Positions 15,795 through 24,000 of a stretch of 24,000 bases of DNA are shown here, in pieces (position 1 is the stretch's first letter; every line of letters begins with the position of its first letter). Below the pieces are notes generated by a model that searched no databases, was not told the DNA's origin, and was given only the letters and a program-made list of their open reading frames with translations. The stretch covers positions 131,165 through 155,164 of the forward strand of contig NZ_FQZB01000006.1 in the NCBI RefSeq assembly GCF_900141845.1. Direction: 5' to 3'. The DNA comes from Clostridium cavendishii DSM 21758 (lineage in GTDB: Bacteria; Bacillota; Clostridia; Clostridiales; Clostridiaceae). A program made the translations under genes and the position numbers.

Positions 15795-16796
15795 TTGAAA
15801 AATCAAATACAAACACTACCAATAATTAAGTTAAGAAATATATCATATCCAGAAAGGTCATTAACTTTATTTATATCAGTATTTTCAAATTTTCACTTAA
15901 GTGAAATCTTTTCTCTAAGAGATACATATCCAAATACTAATATAAATATTTTCATAAATGAAAATAAACTTATGTTTTTATATAAAAATTCTATTGAATT
16001 TTTTTCATCTCTTAATACTCAAAAGATTAATATTATTTTCTCTAATAGCGTTAAATCGGACATGCTTTTTATTGATGAAAGAATTAGTATTCCTTTAGTA
16101 TATATTAATAAAACAATACATCTAAATACGGGTAAAGTTATAGAAACAACTTTATCGGATATCTCTACATCAAGCTGTAATACATTAAAAGGACTTTTTA
16201 CACACTCTGATAACTCATATATAAGTATTGTAAATAATTTAACAGTATTAGAAATTAACTCTATTATAGATTACATAAATTATTCTGATATTCAGTTAAC
16301 CTCTAATGATATTCTTCAATTTAGTAATTTTGACAATTCAACTATTAATCTTATTTCTGTTTTATCAAACATTGAGGAACCTTTAAATTATAATGATGTA
16401 GGTTTACTTCTTACCGAAGGTGATAAAAAACCAGGTGCCTATAAAAAATATGGTGAGAATCAATCTAAAACTGGAGAACTTCTTGAGCTAGTTTCTATTA
16501 ATTCATCTGTTCCCAAAACTGTGTCTTTAACTCCATTAGGAGAAGCTCTTCTTAATGTTAATAAAGAAGTTTTTGATAATATTATTTTCTTTGAAATTTT
16601 GAAATGTAACCTTCTTAAACACTTAATTTCATTATGTAAGTTTAATTGCCAAGTTAATGTTAAAGAAATATGTGTACCTACTATTTCAGAGAAAACTTAT
16701 TTACGTAGAAGATCTAATATCAAATATCTTGTTAATCTTTTAAAAGCTAAAAATATTGAATCTTTAAACATTCTTTTAGATAAATTATCTTTTTAA
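15795..16796 (+). CDS. hypothetical protein (333 aa from the preferred TTG; 340 aa in the track), possible C-terminal winged-helix region
   Basis: The only plus-strand gene. AAAGGAG (15780-15786) sits inside the tracked 5' end, 8 nt upstream of an in-frame TTG at 15795-15797, so I move the start there. The segment KKPGAYKKYGENQSKTGELLELVSINSSVPKTVSLTPLGEALL looks like a helix-turn-helix plus wing; this is a weak, pattern-only call. No catalytic motif seen. Confidence 0.55.
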   Translation: MKNQIQTLPIIKLRNISYPERSLTLFISVFSNFHLSEIFSLRDTYPNTNINIFINENKLMFLYKNSIEFFSSLNTQKINIIFSNSVKSDMLFIDERISIPLVYINKTIHLNTGKVIETTLSDISTSSCNTLKGLFTHSDNSYISIVNNLTVLEINSIIDYINYSDIQLTSNDILQFSNFDNSTINLISVLSNIEEPLNYNDVGLLLTEGDKKPGAYKKYGENQSKTGELLELVSINSSVPKTVSLTPLGEALLNVNKEVFDNIIFFEILKCNLLKHLISLCKFNCQVNVKEICVPTISEKTYLRRRSNIKYLVNLLKAKNIESLNILLDKLSF

Positions 16797-16799
16797 GTT

Positions 16800-16836
16800 A
16801 AAAAAATGAGCAACGTAAATGTTGCTCATTTTTTTA
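16800..16836. terminator. bidirectional rho-independent terminator between convergent genes
   Basis: Perfect 9-bp GC-containing stem (16806-14 atgagcaac / 16821-29 gttgctcat) with loop gtaaat. Flanked by A6-7 (16800-16805) and T6 (16830-16835), which extend the stem and give a U-tract in both directions. Lies between the stops at 16794-96 (+) and 16834-36 (-). Confidence 0.75.
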
Positions 16837-19800
16837 TTTATTCTTTTGCATTTCCATCCAAAAAGCATTATCTTGCATATAGATAACATCTTCAACATTT
16901 CCTAGCTTTACTAAACTCTTATGTTGTTCTAATGACTTTATCTTAGTAAACAGCTCATCTTCCTGTGTCTTATTCGTTGTATTATATATAAACTTTATGT
17001 CTTTTATTGAAAGGTCTGATACCTTGTGTACTATCCAAGTTAGGATATAGTTTGCATACTCATTATCTCCTGTAGAAAAATGGCTTAGTAGCTGTGTTGA
17101 TAGTATTGTTCCTACTCCAAACATTCTACCTTCTTTTAAGATCTTCTTTAAACTTTGGAAATTTTCACACAAGAAGTTATCAGCCTCATCAACTAATATC
17201 ATCTTACTCAACTGTCTATACTTGTCATCAAGTTTACTTTCTCCTAATACTTTCATTTGTGAATAGAAGATATCTAGTATTATACCTACAACTAAGTTTT
17301 GAATATCCGAATCACTGTTTGAAAGGTTTATTACTGTAACTCCATCAATCATATCATATAATGATTTAGAGTTATCCACATCTGGATCAAATATTTCAAA
17401 ATCATATAACTTATCTAAACATGTAAATAGTTTATCTTGCTTTACATCTTCATCATCAAAAAACTCTCTGCATACTTCTGCTATAGTTGGTGGTTTTTTA
17501 GTCCATGTATTTGGATCATTCTTTTTAATTCCACGTTTATCATATGCATTCATTATAAGTTCTTTTAATTTGTTCTCTTGGACTACACCTAAACCAAAAG
17601 CTGTAGTCATTGTATGTTTCAAAGCATTAGCAGTGTATAATGGTAATAAGTTTTTCTCCTTATTTCCCTGAACTAATTCTAGTGGATTAAATGGAAGATG
17701 ATATGTCTCATATACCTTAGCATTTGTAGCCTCAACAAATTCATTATCTATATAATCACCTTTATAATCAAATATTAACAATCCAATCTTTTTACCATCA
17801 ATATTTTGATAAGTATTTTTATTTAATTGATATATAAGAGATTTAGTAAACTGAGTTTTACCAGTTCCCATAGTTCCAATTATACCTGTATTAGTATGAT
17901 TATTTTGTATTGAATCAGTTGGATTCCAAATCACCTCACAATCTCTATGAATATCTCTTCCAAAAAGAACTGATAATGGCCCTTTAGTTTCTGCAACTGC
18001 CCCAGTATCTTCACCACTATTTCCATCATATATCGCACTTGATTCTTCATCATTTGAATTATCATTAATAGACGTTTCTTCTTTCATTTCACAAACTCTA
18101 CCTTCATATAGGTTATATAATAATGTATCACTCTTTATATCGCTCTTATCTAATATAAAATTGTTCTTTATTTCTTCAACACTTCTTAAAATATTTCTAT
18201 ATCCTGATGCTTCTGGGAATACTAATTCTAAAATCTTATTTCCCTTATCATATTCTTCCTGATTAAAAGCATCTCCTAATTCATCAACACCAATTGAAAC
18301 AAGTTCACCATTCTTTTCAAATGATATATCACTTTTAAAAGTAAATATAGCACCTCTTCCAATTATCTCATCTAAACTATTAGATATTCTATAATCATCA
18401 TTTAATAACTTTGCTCTTACATCAGTTTCTATAATAGAATCCCAATTTTGTTCATCCCACACATTATAAAGCTTTAATTTCTCGATGCTTACAAGAACTA
18501 ATTTAATTAGAAAATCTCTAAATATCTTTGCTTGTAATTTATCATTGATTTCTTTGCTTATATTCCTTTCTATATGATTTCTTGTTTTGTAAGCTTGTAG
18601 CTTCGCCTTTTTAGTTACATCCCCTTTAATTTGCCCAATCTTAACTTCAATTGGATAATAGTGAACATCTATATTACCATCAGCACAACATTCTATTCCT
18701 ACTAATAACAAGTCATCTGAATAAGCACCATCACCACTTAAATTTTTTACTGAGAACAAACCTTCTTTACTACTTAAACCACAACCTTTGGATACTCTTA
18801 GAATTTCCTCTAATGAAATTGGGACCCATACAATTTTTTTATTGTAAAAATATGACAAACTTAACTTTATAGTAGATACGATACTAAGCTTCTCTCTATC
18901 TTCATATCCATTACAAGAAATAATTTTTAATAACCAATCTCCATTTATCGCATTAAAACAGTTTATTACTTTAGTTATTGACTCTTCATCATTTCCTAAT
19001 AATACATTTTTATTTTCTAAGAAACTCTTTATTACTTCCTTATATTGCTTAGTCTTTTTAGTTACTGTAATAGAATCATATCCAGAAGATGGTGTATATT
19101 GATCACTATAATGTATAATAAGTAAATCTTTTTCTTCAATAGTATCTTTAAAAAATTGTAATCCAACCATTGGATTTATGAATGTTACCCAATTTGCAGA
19201 TTCATAAATACGATTTAATTGATCTTCTTTATATTCATCTATAGCGGTAGTTTTGCACCTACTATCATCAAATGGTGATTCATTTTCAGCAGAACAAATT
19301 AATGCATTCATTTTAGTAGCCATTTTTAGAAGTGTATTTTTAGAATGAATAAATTTAGTTCCATACCCTGTTCTATATGATTTAGATATTTCTTTAGAAG
19401 GAACTGATGATAATAATCCACCAAGTGATACACCCGTGTTTATATTATCCATTATCGTATTTTTATTAGAGAACTCATGCTCCATTTCGTAGAATGTTAT
19501 ATGACTATATTCATACTTAGTAGTATCATAATTTTTTATATAACAGCTAAGCTTTGAATTTACGATATCAAAAATATCATCCTTAGAATACTTCTTATTG
19601 CTAGATTTTATTGCAAATGATAAACCTAGCTTTTCCTCTGCATCCTCAACATGCACATAATTTTGAAGTTCCTCAAATACACTATCACCAGACTTATTGT
19701 ATATATTAATAATAAGTGGTCTTAACTTCTCAATTCCCTTACTCTTTAATCCTTCAGTATAATAGTCTATTATACCTTGTAAAATATCTTTAGAGTATCC

Positions 19801-22107
19801 TGTATTAATTAAATTAATCTTTAATGGCAGTTCTGTAGATAAAAATAAAGTCTTAAAGTGTTTTATAAATTCATTTATTTTTTCTCTAACTAACTTCTTA
19901 ACAAATCCTCTGTTTCTTTCATTAAAATCAATATCATTTATTACATATTGCTTCCACTCTTTAGAATGATTTTGTTCTAAAGATCTATAAAGCTTTTCTC
20001 CACCAAAAGATATATAAGGAATGAGGTTTGTTGAATCTAATTTATTAGCAATTTCTTTTTCTAAATCTTCCTCATCAGAAATCACTTTATCCTTTAACTC
20101 TTCTGTGATCATAAGTTGATATGACACATTAATAGGGTGTAATGGTGTTAGTAAGATCTGTCTAGCTGAACCCATTACTTCTATTGTCCCAACTCTTAGT
20201 AAATCAACAATTTCATCACACATATTGTCATTGTACTCAATCTTTTCCAATTTGGAATAGTATATATCAATATACGTTTTTAATCTTTCTTCTAAATCTT
20301 CATCAATATAAGCTAAGCTTGGTAAAACAACATTTGATTTATAGTATTCAAAAATTCTGTTATAAGCTTCTTTTAACTTATCACAAACTTTTAACTCTCT
20401 AATCTTTAGTTTTCCATTTGATTCTACGAAGGCCATTCCTCCATTTTTCAAGATAAATTCTTCTCTATCAAGATTAACTTTAAATTCATCATAAGCAAAA
20501 TTAACTTCACCATCTTTACTAATTTTGTTATCTAAAAATTTATAGCTCCCCTTATCTCTTAATTTATTTATCCAAATTTGTCTTCCACTAATACGTGTAA
20601 TCTTAGAATTGCTTCCAACAATATTAAAAGGAATTATTAGATTATCTAGCCTAAGATTAAATCTATATGCATCTTCATTTTCATCTATTTTTATCTTATT
20701 TTTCACCTTAAACTTATTAATAGCGTTAATAGGTACATTCTCATCTTGGAAATTCAAAGTTATTGATGATGTATCTTCACCATATGGATTTAACGTAAAC
20801 TCTGAATCCGATGTCATGAGCGTAATGTTTTGCTCTTTTTTAGTTATCTTTATAGTGTAATTAGTTCTTACAACTGTATCCTCAAATATAGCTTTATCCA
20901 TTGGAATAACGACGATCTTAAACTCATAATTACTCTTTCCTGAATAAGATACCTTACAAAAACTAACTTCGTCTTCCAATTCTTCTAATATAACATTAAT
21001 CTTCCTATTATTTATCTTAGCTGAAACATTCTGCCCAAAATCACATTTAACACCTTTACCTTTCATAGCTTCTAACTTATTATCAAAAACAAAAGATAAT
21101 TTGATAGTATCAACTTTATCTTTATTAAAAATAATTATGTTTCTCTTTCTTCTTTGTGCCTTAGTTGTACCTTCTTCCTTCTCCCAATAATCTTCCTTAG
21201 AGATATTTTCTATAGAACTACATTCATAGATGATATCCTTTTCCTCATAATTATCCATAGACTGCCTAACAACTTTATATTCTTCATTAAACCAGGCTTT
21301 ATTAGCTAATTTCTTTTTTCCTGTTTCATCTAAAAACTTTTCTAAATTACTCTCTATATCTCCACCATACTTATGGATATTGTCTATCTTTAAGTACGCT
21401 TGCGAGTTCTCATTTAACCTACTAATAGCTTCCTTCTCATCATTAATTGTATCTAGCTTAAGATCTCTAAATAATTCAAATTCTTTAAATTCAGAATCAT
21501 CTATATAGCCCTTATTTATTATAGATACTATATCGCTATACTGTAATATTGATTGACCTTCATCAGAATCTTCTCGCTCCCTTCTTCTTAGGTCAAACTT
21601 TAATACATATTTTGCACTTAATGCAAGATTACTTTTATCTATAAGATAATTTATATCATTTATTAATGTCTTAGAATGGAATGGCATACCTTCCTTTTGA
21701 AAGTTTATAACTCCATCTGTGATAGTATCTTTATTACTTGTATGAATGAATAATATTGCTGAATTCTTAAATTGCGACTTCATGTTGGTACTAACTTCAT
21801 TTCTTAATGTAGCTAAGAAATCTGGATTAACACCATCAATTGTAGCTGCAACAATTAATATAATATCATTAAACTTAATTGAATATGTTGTATATTCCTC
21901 ATACTTCTCATTAACTTGATATTTAAATAGTTTACTGTCAGAGACGTTTTTTATTTCTTCATATAAGTGCTTTACATCTGACTCTTTTTCAAATTGAATT
22001 TCATATCTATCACCATAATAAATTCTTGTCCCATCAAAATATTCAACAACCTTTTTAGCTAAAAAATTATAAAATTGATCTAACATATAATGCATCCCCA
22101 CTATCAC
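16834..22107 (-). CDS. 1757-aa multidomain protein: central PD-(D/E)xK-like nuclease motif plus C-terminal FtsK/HerA-type P-loop ATPase; DptH (DndH)-like by architecture
   Basis: Walker A GIIGTMGTGKTQ (nt 17851-17886) and Walker B MILVDEADNF (nt 17173-17202) lie in the last ~380 aa. Nuclease-like motif is SDDLLLVGIE…DGNIDVHYYPIEVKIG (nt 18640-18717). It is the last, largest gene of a coupled three-gene operon. The tracked start is GTG (22105-07); the ATG at 22084-86 has GGGGA 8 nt upstream and may be the real start. The CDS is near-certain; the DptH assignment is only moderately supported. Confidence 0.55.
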   Translation of the reverse strand: MIVGMHYMLDQFYNFLAKKVVEYFDGTRIYYGDRYEIQFEKESDVKHLYEEIKNVSDSKLFKYQVNEKYEEYTTYSIKFNDIILIVAATIDGVNPDFLATLRNEVSTNMKSQFKNSAILFIHTSNKDTITDGVINFQKEGMPFHSKTLINDINYLIDKSNLALSAKYVLKFDLRRREREDSDEGQSILQYSDIVSIINKGYIDDSEFKEFELFRDLKLDTINDEKEAISRLNENSQAYLKIDNIHKYGGDIESNLEKFLDETGKKKLANKAWFNEEYKVVRQSMDNYEEKDIIYECSSIENISKEDYWEKEEGTTKAQRRKRNIIIFNKDKVDTIKLSFVFDNKLEAMKGKGVKCDFGQNVSAKINNRKINVILEELEDEVSFCKVSYSGKSNYEFKIVVIPMDKAIFEDTVVRTNYTIKITKKEQNITLMTSDSEFTLNPYGEDTSSITLNFQDENVPINAINKFKVKNKIKIDENEDAYRFNLRLDNLIIPFNIVGSNSKITRISGRQIWINKLRDKGSYKFLDNKISKDGEVNFAYDEFKVNLDREEFILKNGGMAFVESNGKLKIRELKVCDKLKEAYNRIFEYYKSNVVLPSLAYIDEDLEERLKTYIDIYYSKLEKIEYNDNMCDEIVDLLRVGTIEVMGSARQILLTPLHPINVSYQLMITEELKDKVISDEEDLEKEIANKLDSTNLIPYISFGGEKLYRSLEQNHSKEWKQYVINDIDFNERNRGFVKKLVREKINEFIKHFKTLFLSTELPLKINLINTGYSKDILQGIIDYYTEGLKSKGIEKLRPLIINIYNKSGDSVFEELQNYVHVEDAEEKLGLSFAIKSSNKKYSKDDIFDIVNSKLSCYIKNYDTTKYEYSHITFYEMEHEFSNKNTIMDNINTGVSLGGLLSSVPSKEISKSYRTGYGTKFIHSKNTLLKMATKMNALICSAENESPFDDSRCKTTAIDEYKEDQLNRIYESANWVTFINPMVGLQFFKDTIEEKDLLIIHYSDQYTPSSGYDSITVTKKTKQYKEVIKSFLENKNVLLGNDEESITKVINCFNAINGDWLLKIISCNGYEDREKLSIVSTIKLSLSYFYNKKIVWVPISLEEILRVSKGCGLSSKEGLFSVKNLSGDGAYSDDLLLVGIECCADGNIDVHYYPIEVKIGQIKGDVTKKAKLQAYKTRNHIERNISKEINDKLQAKIFRDFLIKLVLVSIEKLKLYNVWDEQNWDSIIETDVRAKLLNDDYRISNSLDEIIGRGAIFTFKSDISFEKNGELVSIGVDELGDAFNQEEYDKGNKILELVFPEASGYRNILRSVEEIKNNFILDKSDIKSDTLLYNLYEGRVCEMKEETSINDNSNDEESSAIYDGNSGEDTGAVAETKGPLSVLFGRDIHRDCEVIWNPTDSIQNNHTNTGIIGTMGTGKTQFTKSLIYQLNKNTYQNIDGKKIGLLIFDYKGDYIDNEFVEATNAKVYETYHLPFNPLELVQGNKEKNLLPLYTANALKHTMTTAFGLGVVQENKLKELIMNAYDKRGIKKNDPNTWTKKPPTIAEVCREFFDDEDVKQDKLFTCLDKLYDFEIFDPDVDNSKSLYDMIDGVTVINLSNSDSDIQNLVVGIILDIFYSQMKVLGESKLDDKYRQLSKMILVDEADNFLCENFQSLKKILKEGRMFGVGTILSTQLLSHFSTGDNEYANYILTWIVHKVSDLSIKDIKFIYNTTNKTQEDELFTKIKSLEQHKSLVKLGNVEDVIYMQDNAFWMEMQKNK

Positions 22108-23479
22108 TTTTCTTTTCTAATACATTTAATCTTTGATAAAAATCAATTAATCTATTTCTTGAATCCTTATCTAGATAAACCCCTCTTCTTTCAAGTTCTT
22201 TTATAATGTATTGTAATCTAACCTTTTGCTCATCTTTTATACATAGTTTAGTTAATAGTATTACATATTCTTCTGTTAAGTTTAATGTCATCCCATTTCT
22301 TCCCCTATTTCTTAAGAAGTTATTTCTACAAAACTCAAAGAACCAATCGTAATAACGACGACTTAACTCTATGGCATTTGTAACCTTCGAATGATGATTA
22401 TGTATTAAGCCATATAATTTTTCAACTTCAACTAAAATATCATCCTCAGTATCAGAGTCAAATTCATACTCTGTCCAATATTCATTTTCATCTTTTATAG
22501 CAGCTTCGTACATAGCTACTACTTCAGATAAATTCTGCCATGTCTCTAGTTTCTCATCATCATTCATTTTGCTAACTAATTCTTTAAATTCCTTGTAAGT
22601 ATAGTTATTATGACCAGCTTCTGAACAGTTTAAAATATTTAGACATATTTCATGAGATCTTAAACTATTTATAGCATTTTCTACTAAGCACCATCCATTT
22701 TCATATCCTATACGCCCTTTAGAAACCTTTTCCCAATCAAACGTAAAGTATATTAGCGGTACTTCCTTTTCATCAAACATATTATTTAAATTACCAACTG
22801 CCCTTAATATATAAACTACATAATAGAACTTTAAAAGAGTTACTATTTGAGAACAAAAATTCCTCTTTCCTTTTAAAAGATATTTCAAATCCTCATTAAA
22901 AACAGACGTAATTTCTTCTGCGAAATTCTTATATTGTTTCTTTTTCTTTTCACTATTTATAGCTACCTCTGGTAGCTTATCTAAAATTAAATCAGTTAAA
23001 ACATTTCCTGTTTTGTTTTCAAACACTTCTTCAATACATTTTCCATAGTTCTCTTTTTCATCAAATAAAACATCATATAGAAAATTCCCCATTTCTATGT
23101 TTTCTTCCTCTGTCATTGAATAAACTAAAACTTTAGGATGAAACTTTGCAATGCCCTTATCTTCATCAAAGAAAATTGTTGAAACTACTTCTTTAAACTT
23201 TTCTTTATCATTTTCAGTCTCAAACTCTACTGAATTTATAATATCTGAAAAGAATACCTCTTTATTAAACTCAGTTACATTACAATTTAATAAGTTACAA
23301 CAAAAAGCTCCAATACACTCATCAAACCTTTTTATGATATCCTTATGCTCCTTTAATGGTCTAACATTATATGGAACTATTAATTTATCTTTAGTTTTAG
23401 GCTTATGCGTTGGTTTCTTAGTCGGATCCTTCATACTATAATCCTTCTTTACTTTGCTTATATCAATCTTATATCCCAT
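22067..23479 (-). CDS. 470-aa protein of unknown biochemistry; DptG (DndG)-like by size and operon position
   Basis: Its ATG (23477-79) shares one nt with the upstream gene's TAA (TAATG) and has GAGGTG 8 nt upstream. Its 3' end overlaps the 1757-aa gene by 20-41 nt. No catalytic motif recognised. The family call is positional only. Confidence 0.4.
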   Translation of the reverse strand: MGYKIDISKVKKDYSMKDPTKKPTHKPKTKDKLIVPYNVRPLKEHKDIIKRFDECIGAFCCNLLNCNVTEFNKEVFFSDIINSVEFETENDKEKFKEVVSTIFFDEDKGIAKFHPKVLVYSMTEEENIEMGNFLYDVLFDEKENYGKCIEEVFENKTGNVLTDLILDKLPEVAINSEKKKKQYKNFAEEITSVFNEDLKYLLKGKRNFCSQIVTLLKFYYVVYILRAVGNLNNMFDEKEVPLIYFTFDWEKVSKGRIGYENGWCLVENAINSLRSHEICLNILNCSEAGHNNYTYKEFKELVSKMNDDEKLETWQNLSEVVAMYEAAIKDENEYWTEYEFDSDTEDDILVEVEKLYGLIHNHHSKVTNAIELSRRYYDWFFEFCRNNFLRNRGRNGMTLNLTEEYVILLTKLCIKDEQKVRLQYIIKELERRGVYLDKDSRNRLIDFYQRLNVLEKKSDSGDALYVRSIL

Positions 23480-24000
23480 TATTTAATCACCTCAAATTTA
23501 TACTTACCAAACTTTTTAGTGAACTTAAATGTTTCTACCCCATCAGCTATGTTTTCTTTAATATAGATCTCTTTATTTTGCTCTCCATAATTCTTTATCT
23601 TTTCAATGGAATCAATAAAGCTAATAAAATCACTTCTTTCCTTTTTCTTTGGAATATACCCTTGTCTTACTTTTGTTAATAATTTATATAGCTTGTAATC
23701 AAGCTTAATAGTTAATCTATCACCCTTATTCTTTATAACAAAATCTAATATTATATTTGAAACAAACTTATCTAGCCTTCCCGTTAAAACTTTATTTTCT
23801 AATTCATCTTCTTCACATTCTAAATATAACTTTTCATATGTCTTAAACCTATTTTGCGATTTCCCCATATTTATTCTTATATTACTATCTGAAGATTTAA
23901 CATTGTCCAATTTATATATAGCTTCACTTACCAAATCATATAAATCTCCTAATTCTGTAATATTATTAGTATTAAAGACATACAAGTATTTAATAAATTC
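23479..24000 (-). CDS. C-terminal part (at least 173 codons) of the first visible gene of the operon; possibly DptF-like; truncated by the window edge
   Basis: The tracked start (23983-85) is a TTG, and the frame stays open to position 24000 (…EFIKY-L-YVFNT…), so the gene most likely begins beyond the window. No motif in the visible part. Confidence 0.35.
   Translation of the reverse strand, partial: EFIKYLYVFNTNNITELGDLYDLVSEAIYKLDNVKSSDSNIRINMGKSQNRFKTYEKLYLECEEDELENKVLTGRLDKFVSNIILDFVIKNKGDRLTIKLDYKLYKLLTKVRQGYIPKKKERSDFISFIDSIEKIKNYGEQNKEIYIKENIADGVETFKFTKKFGKYKFEVIK

Noticed and set aside
17094-20860. Four plus-strand ORFs of 72-83 aa (17094-17339, 18651-18872, 20184-20402, 20609-20860)
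   Set aside because: All lie inside and antisense to the 1757-aa gene. They are L/F/S/H-rich reverse-frame products without ribosome-binding sites. Spurious.
23151-23441. 96-aa plus-strand ORF in the track
   Set aside because: Antisense to the 470-aa gene, with low-complexity S/L/N composition. Spurious.
1-24000. Scan for CRISPR arrays, tRNA/rRNA genes, integrase/transposase genes with terminal inverted repeats, reverse transcriptase/retron signatures
   Set aside because: No regularly spaced direct repeats. No GC-rich structured segments resembling tRNA or rRNA. No integrase, DDE transposase or RT motifs (such as YxDD) in any long ORF. The Rpn protein is the only mobile-element-like gene, and no element ends could be defined.

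Overview
Very AT-rich accessory region. Composition, GGAGG-type ribosome-binding sites and the protein families suggest a low-GC Firmicute, possibly Clostridium-like; that host assignment is inference only. All but one gene is on the minus strand. I found no rRNA, tRNA or CRISPR array by eye. From left to right: (1) 1-7.5 kb holds mixed accessory genes: an MFS transporter, a multi-module HNH endonuclease, a GNAT acetyltransferase plus GNAT debris, a PD-(D/E)xK nuclease with a damaged 5' end, and a Nudix hydrolase. (2) 7.7-9.3 kb holds an Rpn/YhgA-type PD-(D/E)xK recombination-promoting nuclease, a downstream stand-alone copy of its C-terminal domain, and a duplicated hairpin. (3) 9.3-15.3 kb, at the window centre, holds a three-gene operon: a small 2-TM SLATT-like protein, a 939-aa P-loop ATPase and an 886-aa divergent adenosine deaminase. 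This is the architecture of the RADAR anti-phage system (rdrA/rdrB plus a membrane accessory gene) and is my top candidate for the system of interest. (4) 15.8-16.8 kb holds one plus-strand orphan gene. (5) 16.8-24.0 kb holds a translationally coupled operon that runs off the right edge: a partial gene, a 470-aa gene, and a 1757-aa gene with a central PD-(D/E)xK-like motif and a C-terminal FtsK/HerA-type ATPase. Its layout resembles the DptFGH (DndFGH) restriction module, and no modification genes are visible in the window. From about 5.9 kb onward the window looks like a defence island. All family assignments rest on motifs and architecture read from the translations; no database search was possible.
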